Source: Octopus bimaculoides
Lineage: Eukaryota
Direction of reading: 5' to 3'
Assembly (NCBI RefSeq): GCF_001194135.2
Contig: NC_068984.1
Span: forward strand, 54,616,889-54,680,888
Length of the DNA stretch: 64,000 nucleotides
Position 1 is the first letter of the stretch. Each line of letters opens with the position of its first letter. The position numbers were made by a program, and so were the translations under genes. Positions 25,587 through 37,810 of this stretch are shown here, in pieces. The notes under the pieces were generated by a model. The model had not been told where the DNA came from. It saw nothing but the letters and a program-made list of their open reading frames with translations, and made no database searches.

Positions 25587-26229
25587 CATATGTATATATA
25601 TGAGAGAGAGAGAGAGAGGTCGAATTAACGAAAAGGTACATCTTTTCTTTGACTTTCGTTATAACACTGCATAAATAACTGAAATGATATACAGTGAGAA
25701 TAAATTAGTCTCAATCGCACATAATATCCTCAAGTGTCAAATTATTACATTTCAATCTCTACTTCGTTTAAGAAGACGAGAAATTTTGTCCGGATAATCT
25801 TAGGAAGAGAATTCTTAACAGCTATCCGCTTATAGTTCTTAATCTTTCTTTTGCCACTTGATCTAGATAGTACAAAATTGGTTACTTCACAAATTTGATC
25901 TTTAGGATATTCTGTGACACATTAACTTAATTATCACAAGGTCAATTACTGGTATTATTATAATTGATTTAAATATATTAATAGTTTCAATTTGATAGAT
26001 TGCACGCCACATTTTGTATTGGAAAGAGTTTAGTTGAATCTTGGTTTATTACTATGTCGTTTCATTAGAAGCACGATGAAAGGAAGATGAACTCAAAGCT
26101 AGAGGGATTACATTCAATGCTGCAAGGAAATTGTACTAGCAAGTGTACAATTTCGCTATAGCACCAAATTCTAAAATGCAAACAGACTGATTTAACTCTG
26201 TGTTAAGGTTTTAATTTTAGTCTGATTCT

Positions 26230-26420
26230 TAGGTGCTGTGCTGCAGAATCGTTAGCACGCCGGGCAAAATGCTGACAGGCATTTCTTCCGTCTTTACATA
26301 CTAAGTTCAAATTCCGCCGAGGTCGATAAAAGAAGTACCAGTTAAAAACCGGAGTAGATTTAATCGACTTAAGCCTCTCCCCCGAACTTGTTGGTGTTGT
26401 ACCAAAATTTGAAACCAATT
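26230..26420 (+). mobile_element. SINE family A (small central deletion)
   Basis: GCAGAATCGTTAGCACGCCGGGCAAAATGC...AGTTCAAATTCCGCCGAGGTCGATAAAA...CCAAAATTTGAAACCA. Confidence 0.9.
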
Positions 26421-26671
26421 TTAGTCTGATGTTTCAGTCGTAAACTTTTCTAAGCCACTTCATTTCTGCGTCATTTGATGAGCTGGCAAAAACGTTTGAG
26501 TATCGGAAATATATCTCGAGGTATTTCTTCCAACTCTTTATACTTTAAGTTCAAATCCCATCGAAGTCAATTATACTATTCATCCTTCCAAGATTAAGTA
26601 CCAGCCAAGTACTGGGGACTGAAATTTTCCATCCAAATTCTAGGCTTTGCATCTTTATTTGAAACTATTTA

Positions 26672-26812
26672 AAAGCGGCGAGCGAGCAGCATCGTTAGCA
26701 ACTCCAGCGACATGCTTAGTGGAATTTCTTCTGACTCTTTACGTTCAAAGTTTAATTTCCGCCAAGATCATCTTTGCATTTAATCATTTCGAGGCCGATA
26801 AAATGAAGTAAT
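26672..26812 (+). mobile_element. SINE family A, 3'-interrupted
   Basis: AAAGCGGCGAGCGAGCAGCATCGTTAGC head through GATAAAATGAAGTA; cut by the mariner-like insert that follows. Confidence 0.75.
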
Positions 26813-26813
26813 A

Positions 26814-27035
26814 CTAGGGTCGATTAAAAAGTTCATAGGCTGACTAAGATACTCACATGGACTGTGAGCAAATGTGGTTTATTTTTTAACATAGCCTCCC
26901 CATCCTGCAATCCACACTCGTCTTCCATCGGTGTTGCACGGCTTGGATTCTATAGTATTTCACAACTATGTTAATAGCATTTCATAACTCTTGCATCATT
27001 TCTTCATAGTCAACCTATGAAAGTTTCAGCCCACC
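26814..27035. mobile_element. Mariner-derived MITE-like element
   Basis: Starts TA|CTAGGGTCGATTAAAAAGTTCATAGGCTGACT; imperfect inverted end AGTCAACCTATGAA at 27008-27021. The SINE tail resumes afterwards at 27040-27118. Confidence 0.5.
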
Positions 27036-27239
27036 ATTGTAGTTGAGTACTGAGTGGATGTAATCGATGTGTACCCTCCCTTAAAATTTCTGGCATAGTG
27101 TTAAAATTTGAAACCATTCGAGGTTGACTTTGCCTTTCATTCTTTTGGGTCAATGAAATAAGTACCAGCTACGAGCTGGGATTGATGTAATCAACTAGCT
27201 CCTCCTTCAGATTTTAGGTCTTGAGCCTTTTTTATCACC

Positions 27240-27697
27240 ATCATTTCATTTACGTACAACAGATTAGACTATTCTAAAAACCACGACAACATTCTTTTCC
27301 AGGTAAATATAACCTTGCTACACCTGCTCTAAGATGGTGCTCAATTCACATTGGATTCCTTCCTAATTCTGTCTTGATTTGCTAATCCAGGTTTTGACCA
27401 ATCTACAAAAGCTACTGCATATCTAAGAAACGATACTGCCCAAGTATTTACAGCCTTCACTAGATTTGAACCATTTAGCTTTGACTTCATTAACTTCCTC
27501 ACCTATCTGATGTATTCCTCAATTTTCTTTCGTTTCTCTAGTTTCTTCTCTGTAAGATTCTAGTACTCTTAGATATTTATAACTTTCTCCTTCTTTCAGT
27601 GATTCTAATGTCTGGCCATCTGGTAAGTGAATGCCTTCACTGACTACCTGTCCCTTTTTTATGAGTAACACTGTGCACTATCTTTCCCAAATTCTAT
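27240..27697 (-). mobile_element. Dong/R4-clade LINE fragment, 5'-truncated
   Basis: IEFGKD..TVLLIKKGQVVSEGIHLPDGQTLESLKEGESYKYL...KLMKSKLNGSNLVKAVNTWAVSFLRYA...VARLYLP; typical R4/Dong post-RT motifs. Confidence 0.88.
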
Positions 27698-27719
27698 GAA
27701 TATTATTATTATTATTATT

Positions 27720-27932
27720 AAGGGAGAAAGCTGGCAGAATTGTTAGCATGCCGGACAAAATGCTTAGGGGCATTTCGTCCATCTTTGCATTTCATTTTCA
27801 CCAAGGTCGAGAGTTAGCCTTTCACCCTTTCAAGATCAATAAAATAAACACTAAGTTGAGTACTAGATTCAATGTAATCGATTAAACCCGCCCTCCGAAA
27901 TTGCTGGCCTCGTACTAAAATTTGAAACCATT
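27720..27932 (+). mobile_element. SINE family A
   Basis: Head directly after (TTA)n; tail GGCCTCGTACTAAAATTTGAAACCATT. Confidence 0.88.
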
Positions 27933-27959
27933 GTTAATATTATTTTCTTCTTGATGTTA

Positions 27960-30460
27960 TTTCTGATAAACAGGCATCTCTAGTCGGCTCCGAGGATATT
28001 GGGATTTCCTGCATTTAATTTGATTGAAAGTTTCGTCCTATTTTGCAAGAGAAATTTAGAACGTCTGAGTGTCCACCTCTTTGTCCTAGGGTAGGACATA
28101 AATTTTATCGTTAGGCATATTTCATATTTTTCATTTTTGCAAATATTGTTTACCATTTAAATTTGCTTTAAATTTCTTCCCTTTCTTTGAGAAGTACATA
28201 ACTGTTCGTTGAAACTGATACTTCTATTAGGAGTGATTTTACTTCCTGATAATATCTGCTCATTTATTCTTACTTTGTCTGTTTGTGTAGACTAGTATAT
28301 TTTTGAATATTATCACTTATCATTTTTTAACACATTTCTGATGAATGTTTATACTGCCTCTTTCATAATAGCGGCATAATTTCTGTCTTGCCTGTAAGTA
28401 TATTCTTTCTTGGTTAAACCTGGGTCATTAGACGCAATGTAATTAATTGTTTTTTCTCGACCTCCACAAATTCTTCAGTTTCTAAACGCATTCCACTTCA
28501 TTAGAAGTGTTTTATGGTCTCTGGGAGACTCCATTCCTGTGTTACAAACAAAAGGGCGATTTCGTTCCTGTGCCACAATCAAGAATCCTTCAGTCTCAGG
28601 AAGTGATATGCTTTTTCCATGTCTAATTCCACTCTATTTAGTTTATTCAGGTATTTTGTCATGCGCGTAGTTTTCTCTTTTGCAAATCTAACTACGATAG
28701 CTAGCACACCCATGAGATTCCCTTATTTTGTAGCACTTAACTCTTGTTTAAATATTTATGTAAATACGCCTTTAATATTGTTTCCTTATTTTTCTTTCAT
28801 TTATATGACTGTCTTATCTAATTCTCTTTCATTGTTTATTTATGTAATATAATATTTTCTCAATTTATTTTTCTCTTTTCAAGTTGGTTGGGCATATTCC
28901 TCTTATCCAAATCTCATAACTTCTTATAGTAAATCTATGTAATGTCTGTATGAGTGTTTCTAGTTGTTTATCATATACAGCGTGAACCTCGAGGTTAACC
29001 AAATACAAAAGATGGCTCATTGCCATATCACATTTGTACCTAAGTTGAATCTGACTTAACATGTTGGTCGAAGAGATTAGCGCCAGACAGGAAAGGAACT
29101 GATACTGGGAGATCCATGGAATATTCGTCTTCTGTTGTCTGCATCTGCAGGATTATTTTTCGTTTACTCATGATGCATATAATGCACTTGATTTATAAGT
29201 GGTGCAACTTTACTCATGACAAATATTTTCAGAATGCCAGTACAGGGAAACCGTTAAATGCCTTCTGTCAGTCCACATCTAGCTCTGACCCTTTTCCGCC
29301 TCCTGCATGTTCCAATTATAGCCCTACGATTAGTAAGTGATCTTCACAGTTATATGATCCTTTCAGCATCCTTTCACTCTTCTGAAAATAAATTTATTTT
29401 CCCTGATGCTTCTATGTTATTAAAGTAAAGGCTTTGTAAGCTAAAGGAAGGCTTGTTATGAGGCTGTACATAAGTTTTCTGCTTTTAGTTCTGAAGATTA
29501 AGATGATTTTTCACCTCTCACTGAACCAGTTAGGTGTTTTCGTCTTTGTCAGTATCATATTAGACACCTCTGCTAGTGCTGTATGTCAACCTAGAAGTTT
29601 TGAATCGTGCTATTTATTAGTACCTGCTGATTCTGTAGCTCTTTGAATGCTTCTAAAGAACATAGGTTTCCGTAAGCTGGTTTAAATTCTGCATTCGTTG
29701 TTTTGAGCAGCCCCATCCGTTGAGATACTTTCGCTATTCATACTTATCCCCACCACCTAAAATTTTTCTACTTGCTTTGCTGTAAGTTCCACATTTATTT
29801 CCATTTTGTTTTATACCTAGTTTTTTTTTAATCAAAATATTTTGGTTTGGAGTTGAAATGCTTGTTATGTTCGAAGAACCGTTGTCACCTTTCATACCGA
29901 GAAATATTTTGCAATTTAGCAAGAACCTATCCTTTATGGACATATTCTCCATTGTAACTATTGTATTTGTTGTACCTATTATTTTGGTGATAATAATGTT
30001 CGCACATTATGAGTTACTTTCGTTGTAAGATTTTCTAATGATTCTAAATATATAATTAGTTCCAATTGATTGTCATCTTTAAGATTTCACTCACTAGAAT
30101 TTTCTTTTACTTTTCTTGTATTTTCCTCATATTTTTAAAGATAGTTTTTACGTTGTTTTCTTCTTTGTTTGGTCAGTGTTCTGTATATACCAAGGGGTTT
30201 GAATTTTGATTTTTGTCACACCCTTGTCCTTCCTCTTTTAAGCTCTACTCTTTTAAATCTTGGGCTCAATCAAACAATTTTTGCATTATTTATCATTTCT
30301 TGTGTAGGAATGATTGCATCGACATAACGCTTCGTTCATTTGTATACAAGTAGACTGAATTGATTTACCTTTTCGTAAGTTTGTTTTCAAGTGGTATCCG
30401 AAAGGCATCCATTAGGAACATTTGTAGCACATTAATTGTCAGAGGTAACAAAATTAAGTC
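27960..30460 (-). mobile_element. Long decayed Dong/R4-clade LINE (RT + RLE)
   Basis: Minus-strand remnants in the correct order: LDVD*QKAFNGFP (IDYRKAFDSVP), RRIFHG, SHLLYLVNLEVHA (SHLLYMDDLKLYA), LPETEGFLIVAQE, and an RLE-like LLIEVS...KE region. Confidence 0.75.
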
Positions 30461-30492
30461 TTAAGATTAGTCTGTGTATTCCATTATTTTCC

Positions 30493-30665
30493 TTGCACAG
30501 GCAAAATATTTAGCGGCATTTCGTCCGTCTTTATGCTCTGAGTTCAAATTCCACCGAGGTCGACTTTGCCTTTCATCCTTCAGGGTTTATTACTGGGGTC
30601 AATGTAATAGACTCACCCACTCCCTCGAATTTTCTTATCTTGTACCAAAATTTGAAACCAATATT
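30493..30665 (+). mobile_element. SINE family A
   Basis: TTAGCGGCATTTCGTCCGTC...GAGTTCAAATTCCACCGAGGTCGACTTTGCCTTTCATCC...CCAAAATTTGAAACCAATATT. Confidence 0.88.
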
Positions 30666-30915
30666 AAGCGTCTCCGGTGTTCTAATTCTTATCAGGCTTC
30701 TCTTTGCTTTTAATTCTTGTGAGATTGGTAAAATAAAGCATCATTTATGTACTGGGGTTCATTTAATCGACTAACTTCCCTCAAAGTTGACCTTGTGTTT
30801 ATATCAATTATTATTTTGCTTTAATATGATATTTATATTGAAACCGGTTAAATTTTAATTCCTCCCATACTACAATCTATGGTTTAGAATATGAAACATT
30901 CTTGTCTCTCACCGA

Positions 30916-31400
30916 TTAAAGTTCTTTCAAGCTGTTCATATATGTACTTGTTTCGTATTGGAGACTTTCTGGAAAATTATTGCTAGATCTCCTGTACAAC
31001 ATTTCAAGATCAAAATCTATAAATTTCCAAGATTTATCTTTATATTCTTCGCCATATTTGTCAAAACCCCGAAAATAATTGGGAAGATAAAGATCCTTAA
31101 CTTCTTTATCCCAGTCTTTGAGAAGGTCTTTCTTCAAATCAGTTCCTATTTTCTTTTCCATTACTCCGGTATCAGCTGGGCAAACCACGTCAGTTAAAAG
31201 ATACGCTTTCTCAAACCGTAGTATCCGATTTATTGTGCTCTATACCTCCTTCGATTTGTATAGGATTGTGCCTTAACAACTTTAGCTCATCGTTTGCAAG
31301 GAGTTTAATTTATGCTTCCACAAAATGATCGTAGCCTTTTATCTGCATACAAAGCTGAACAACCTCTTGCAAAAACTTCCAGCAGTTTTATAGAATAGTT
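30916..31400 (-). pseudogene. Unassigned coding-like relic (108-codon open stretch plus a frameshifted upstream part)
   Basis: Complex, non-repetitive reading frame STINRILRFEKAYLLTDVVCPAD...SWKFIDFDLEMLYRRSSNNFPESLQY...LKEL*; upstream frame IKLLEVFARGCSALYADKGYDHFVEA*. No family recognised. Confidence 0.3.
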
Positions 31401-31540
31401 TTATGTTTATACTCTTGTATTCATTTAGAGCTAAATCTTATCCTTCCGAAACACAATCAGCTACAGTTATATCTGTTGTCGATATTCTACATTGGTTACA
31501 GCGTCCTCTTTATTTATCGATCTAACTTATTATCATTATT

Positions 31541-32424
31541 AAGACGGCGAGCGGGACAGTTGTTACCGTGCCGAACAAAATGTTTAGCGGCCTTTCTTCC
31601 GGCTTTACGTTCTGAGTTCAAATGCCACCGAGGTCGACTTTGATTTTGGTTCTTTTGGGGGTCGATAAAATAAGTACCATTTGAGCACTGAGATCGATGT
31701 AATCAACTTATCCCTCCCTTAAAATTACTAACCTTGTGCCAAAATTTAAAACCATTATTAAGGCGGCGCACTGGCTGAATCCTTAGCTTACCGAGTAAAA
31801 TGCTTAGGGACAGTTCGTCCGTCTTTACGTTCTGAGTTGAAATTCTGCTCAGCTTAAATGTGTCTTTCGTCTTTTTGATATTGATAAAATAAAATACGTA
31901 CAAGCTGAGCACTGGCTTCAATATAATCAACTAGTCCTCACTCCCGAAACTGCTGGCCTTTTGCCAAAATTTGAAACCACTATTAAAGCGGTTGGCTGGC
32001 GGAAACGTTAGCACGCTGGACAAAATGCTTAGTCACATTTCGTCCGTCTTTTTGTTCTGAGTTTAAATTTCGCCGTGGTGGTCTTTGCTTTTCATCCTTT
32101 CAGGGTAGATAAAATAAGTCCCTGATCATTACTGGGTTCGACGTAAACGGCTGGGTACCTCCCCCAAAATTTCCTGCCTTGTGTCTGTAGTAGAAAGGAC
32201 TATTAAGGCAGTGAACTGACAGAAACGTTAGCACGCCGGACAAAATGTTTAGCCACATTTCGTCCGTCTTTACGTTCTGAGTTGCAATTCCGCCGAGGTC
32301 GATTTTACCTTCATTCATTCGGTGCCGATAAATTAAGTACCAGTCATGCATTGGTATTGATATAATCTACTAAACTGCTCTACCAAAATTTAGGCCTTGT
32401 GCCTATAATAGAAACGATTATTAT
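31541..32424 (+). repeat. Head-to-tail array of four full-length family-A SINEs
   Basis: Units start at 31541, 31760, 31985 and 32205; every junction is TATT|AAG or TATT|AAAG. Confidence 0.92.
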
Positions 32425-35144
32425 TTGCAACAGCAATAACTGCAGAAGCAGTCACGGGAGTAGTTTTGTGTAATGGATTAGCGAAATAAGGAATGCTTTG
32501 GATCATAAACCTTAAGTTATTTATCTACGGCCCTTTACATTAGTCTAAATAGATATCTCATCATAGTCGACACCAGGCATTTCACCCCACCAGGATCAAT
32601 AAAATACGTACTAATCAAGTACTAGTAAATTAACACTATTTCTCCCTCTAAAATTGCGTTCTTTCATCGATGTTAGAAACCATTATAATGTGGTGGGTAG
32701 CAAGAGTAGCAATAGAAACGAAATACATCAATCGAACAAGTTTTAATTGATTAACTCTGTTTTGAGTAGGTTTCGAACTCAGAACTGTTATCTGACGCTA
32801 ACAAACTACCGCTTCCTTGACAAACGATTTACAATAATGTTTGTGTCTTTTAGTAGTGTTTTAGGTATTGCGTTAGTGGGCCGAAAACATACCTAATCCT
32901 TAAAAACTATTCGAGAGATTTGTAGAAAGCCACAATAAAAGAAATAATTATAACGTTACTGCATTAAAGCTTTTAGTTGACGGGCTGGAGACAGAGGGAA
33001 GAATCAACGAATGGAATGAAAAACAACCCTTTTTAACACAATATTAAACAAATCAGTAAGATATAGATGGAAAGACAGACACAAAGAGAGAGAGAGGGAG
33101 AAATGTAAAGAGAGAGCGAGAGAGGCGGGGAGAGCAAAAGAAAGTGAATGAGTATCGAGCGACATAAAGGCGATGTAAGTGGTAGATTTACTCAGATATG
33201 AAAACTAAACATTTTGTTTAGCAATATTCTCGATGCAAGGGAAACATTTTTCTTGCTAGATCAAACAATATATTCAATAGGAAATGACAAATAAAAACTA
33301 CAAATAAAATGTAATAAAATAAAAGGAATGAAAATTTCATGAAAGATATATTTTCTGCGATCACTTTTAATGCTATTTACGTCAGATAATGCTACATCTG
33401 ATCTGAAGGTGGACTCAGAAAATTGAAATAAGCAGAAATTACAAAGTAGAACTTCTATAAGCGAGCAAAACATGTACACCAAACAGAAGAAAAAGTGTGG
33501 ACAAGAGAAACCCAGTATTTGTTTGATGGATTGATTTGTCAATTGACCTTTTTAGTATGTAGAGAGTTCATGTGCAGTAGTGATTTGAACGCCCACCCAC
33601 CTCAGCTTGCACCACATTTGACGTTGCTTAATTTTACTGTGCTGACATGGAATGCTGCTGTTGTGGTGGTCGTGGTGGTGACAGTTCCTATGATAGGAAA
33701 AGTAACGAAATTGTAACGTTCATGTAAAATATTATAGTTGCTTAACAATGGTAGTCGCTAGGGACTTTTGATATGAATACCTTTGGGTGGTGTATTTTCC
33801 TTTAAAACGGAAGTGATTCTATAGAAACTTATATTGAATAACATTATTGATTTCTTACCTTAAGCAGAAGGCTACAAATTTCGACGTAACAGTAATGAAA
33901 GTGTGGGATAATCATTCCAAGGGATTTTAACGGCATAAATGAAATGAAAGACTCCAATCGGGAATCGAAAACCGAATATTCATTAGCAACTTCTCAATAA
34001 ACAATATCCAGCCAACAAGGGAGTCTCTACATGGTCGCTCGAATTGATAGAAAAAGCCACAAAATCGCCCACAAACCAAACTCTAGGTTGTAGTTTGGTA
34101 GAACTAATAGAGTGTCGGACAAAATTCATAATTTAGTTTCAACTCTGCGGCGTGAATTCGAATTCTGTTGATGTCATTTTAGGTGCCATTCTTCTGAGAT
34201 AAATGAAACATAGTACCAATAAAACGCTATGGTTAATTTAAAATTTATTTCGTACCTAGAATGGAATTATAATAATTACAATGGAATTGTAATTAAAGAA
34301 AATTAAACCTCCGTTTAAAAGAAAATTTAAAAGAAAATTAAACCTCCGTTTAAAAAAAAACATGATACGGTGTAGTCATTGATTTGCAAAAAGAAGAGAC
34401 GGTCACGGCTACACATCATATTGATTTTCTTTTGATTTGGATGGAAATGAAAAGCAGTATAATTTAAACCATCATACCTTTTCCAATGCTATTAGTAACA
34501 TAAGCGAAATGCAATGACTACACGAAGAGATGCAGGCTCACCAAGAGCTTATCCGTGCGCCAACATCCGCCGGCATCAGTACAAGATATCGAATAGTTTG
34601 AACTGAAAGCTGTGGTTGCTTAGCTTCCGTCTGATTCAGAATATGGGTCAGTGTTTAAAACAGCCGGTGTTTTTTAGCATGTGACTTCTATGTTTGTACA
34701 AAACATTTCATTCAAGCAGAGAATAAAAAAGATAATGTCAAAATAAATTCATTATGAAAGTATCTGATAGACACCTAACAGATCTATTGAAGCGATAAAA
34801 TAGAAATGTGTTTTTGATAAATTTCGGCTGCAGTACATTTTTGCTCAATAAAAACATTTATCCTAGTTTCGTCTATTTTTAAAATAACAATCTCGGATTA
34901 GTATATTCATGACATGTTCACAGAGAATGCATGAATGGTAAAGTGTGCGCACATATATATGGATTCTTGCATTCGCTTAGATAATCAGTGTGTGTATTTG
35001 CTAAGTAACAACTTAAATTGGGCCCACTGATCTATTCTATGAAACAAACTTATTGATTAAAAATATTTCTAGTGATTATAAATATCTAGTGTTTATCTTC
35101 AGAAATGGTGAGTCCTTGTCTATGTTATTTAATATACCTATCTT

Positions 35145-35358
35145 AAGGCGGCGAGCTGGCAGAAACGTTAGCACGCCGGGCGAAATGATTAGCGGTGTTT
35201 CGTCCGCCGTTACGTTCTGAGTTCAAATTCCACCGAGGTCAACTTTGCCTTTCATCCTTTCAGGGTCGATAAATTAAGTACCAGTTGCGTACTGAGGTCG
35301 ATCTAATCGGCTGCTCCACTCACCCGAAATTTCGGGCCTTGTGCTTAGAGTAGAAAAG
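35145..35358 (+). mobile_element. Well-preserved full-length SINE family A with imperfect TSD
   Basis: Near-consensus copy; flanks AATATACCTATCTT (35131-35144) and AATATGTCTATCTT (35359-35372). Confidence 0.92.
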
Positions 35359-35765
35359 AATATGTCTATCTTTAAAATGATATGTTGTGCTCTAGGAGAG
35401 ATTTAATTGAATTTTCGAGAGAAGACCTAGAGGCTCTCTGTTTGCTTAGTATTCACTGAGGAAATATGTGAAAGTTAGAAATCATAGTAAACTTGACTAA
35501 ATGCCGTACAGTTGTTGAATTCTTCGTCTTATATTCTGAATTTAAGCCAAAAATCGTTATGTTGAGTACTGTTTCAAGCATGGTTGTATGCTTAAGAATG
35601 TTTGCATCATAACACTATGGTTCTGAGTTCAAGCCTAATGACTTTAAAGTTAGGTAAGTATCTTTATAACTCCAGGTTGACTATTACCTTGCGAATGAAT
35701 TTTGACAAACGTCCTTAAGTTTGTCATTATAGTATACAGAATATAAAGAATGCCATTCCTATATA

Positions 35766-36662
35766 CAGGGTGTACAGGCTAAATTTGACGATTATTTATG
35801 ACTCCTTTTTTTGTTTTTCAGGAACAGCTTGATGTATTGGAGAACAGTTAACGACGTTGGAGTACAAAAAGATTAAAGTTGTAGATGAGAAAAAGTTATC
35901 TGACGTGGAGAATAAATGAAAAACATCTGAATATTGGAAAAGAATTACTTTTACCATGATGATTCGCTTCAGGTATCAAAATGCCGACATCATGACTACA
36001 GCTCAATGCTCTGTTAATACCGTAAAAACTGTAAGACGTGACATGGACAGCTGCAATGGAGACTAGGGCGCCGTGGACTTCAGGAAGGGATACAACCGGT
36101 ATTCTGACTGAGTCCATGCACTGGAATTCATCCAGCAACTGCAGGAGAAGGTGATTGAAGACCTGAGTAAAGGAATCTGGGTTTTGGCGAAAGAGACGGG
36201 TGGTGGAGTTGCCACCATGAAGTTAGCCCTGAGTGAGGACCTTTGCTACAACTCGTACAAGAGGCGTAAGGGACAAATTCTGATACAGCTAAGGACAAGG
36301 AGAACCGCATGACGAAGGAAAAGAAGCTCCTGAACAAACTGAGGCGTCTTGTTGAGGCGGGGATGTTCTGGTTCTTCTCAGATGAAAAGCGCTTCTGCCG
36401 GACTAGTTGCACAACACCCAGAAAAACAGTACCAAATATTATGAAAACCAAGTTCCCACAAACTGAGATGGTTTTGTGTGTGTTTCCAGTGAGGTTAGCG
36501 TCATACCGCCCCACATCTTTGAAAAAGGCTTTTAGGCACAATTCCTATGTTGATACATATGTGTGATAACAATATCGGTTTCTTTCCATAGCTCCGGAAA
36601 GAGCCAGAAGTGGTTGTTGGAGAATTTCTACAACTTCACCTGCCCCAATTTCTGGCCTCCCC
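35766..36662 (+). mobile_element. Tc1/mariner (maT/DD37D-like) transposon, left end plus broken transposase
   Basis: TA|CAGGGTG start; EDLCYNSYKRRKGQIL, KKLLNKL...WFFSDEKRF, MKTKFP..MV and WLLENFY...NFWPP (truncated before SPDLNP). Stops and frameshifts; no right TIR seen. Confidence 0.85.
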
Positions 36663-36873
36663 AAGGAGGGACACAGCGAGGAACGCATGTGCTAGGCTCC
36701 GGAGCCGTCTCGAGGCCGTGGTGGAAGCTGGAAGGTGAGGGTGGCTACGTTAACAGTAAATAAGTAGTTTGGAACCTAAAAAGTTACGAACAAATAGTTG
36801 CCGGAAATCTAAGCATTCTCACATGATCATGTCCATATCTAAAGTGGTTGCCAGAAAAGTTGTCGGAAAATCA

Positions 36874-36903
<30 letters not shown>

Positions 36904-36904
<1 letters not shown>

Positions 36905-37242
36905 TGTTGTTGGCACTCCGTCGCTTACAACGTCGAGGGTTACAGTTGATCCGATCAACGGAACAGCCTGCTCGTGAAATTAACGTGCAAGTGGCTGAGC
37001 ACTCCACAGACACGTGTACCCTTAACGTAGTTCTCGGGGATATTCAGCGTGATACAGTGTGACAAGGCTGACCCTTTGAATTACAGGCACAACAGAAACA
37101 GGAAGAAAGAGTGAGAGAAAGTTGTGGTGAAAGAGTACAGCAGGGTTCGCCATCATCCCCTGCCGGAGCCTCGTGGAGCTTTAGGTGTTTTCGCTCAATA
37201 AACACTCACAACGCCCGGTCTGGGAATCGAAACCGCGATCCT
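36904..37242 (-). mobile_element. SINE family C (about 390 bp), head lost in gap, (TATC)n at the 3' end
   Basis: Reverse complement is collinear with 40033-40416; (TATC)n at 36874-36903. Confidence 0.88.
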
Positions 37243-37765
37243 NNNNNNNNNNNNNNNNNNNNNNNNNNNNNNNNNNNNNNNNNNNNNNNNNNNNNNNNNN
37301 NNNNNNNNNNNNNNNNNNNNNNNNNNNNNNNNNNNNNNNNNNNNNNNNNNNNNNNNNNNNNNNNNNNNNNNNNNNNNNNNNNNNNNNNNNNNNNNNNNNN
37401 NNNNNNNNNNNNNNNNNNNNNNNNNNNNNNNNNNNNNNNNNNNNNNNNNNNNNNNNNNNNNNNNNNNNNNNNNNNNNNNNNNNNNNNNNNNNNNNNNNNN
37501 NNNNNNNNNNNNNNNNNNNNNNNNNNNNNNNNNNNNNNNNNNNNNNNNNNNNNNNNNNNNNNNNNNNNNNNNNNNNNNNNNNNNNNNNNNNNNNNNNNNN
37601 NNNNNNNNNNNNNNNNNNNNNNNNNNNNNNNNNNNNNNNNNNNNNNNNNNNNNNNNNNNNNNNNNNNNNNNNNNNNNNNNNNNNNNNNNNNNNNATATAT
37701 ATACCAACACGCAACAGCTCCGCTATTAGTGTAAACTCTCACGCTCACTCCTCCGTTTCTTTCCT

Positions 37766-37810
<45 letters not shown>

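Noticed and set aside
31541-32424. CRISPR-like or satellite array
   Set aside because: Units are whole SINEs of about 220 bp with no short repeat/unique spacer pattern; no cas genes; eukaryotic context.
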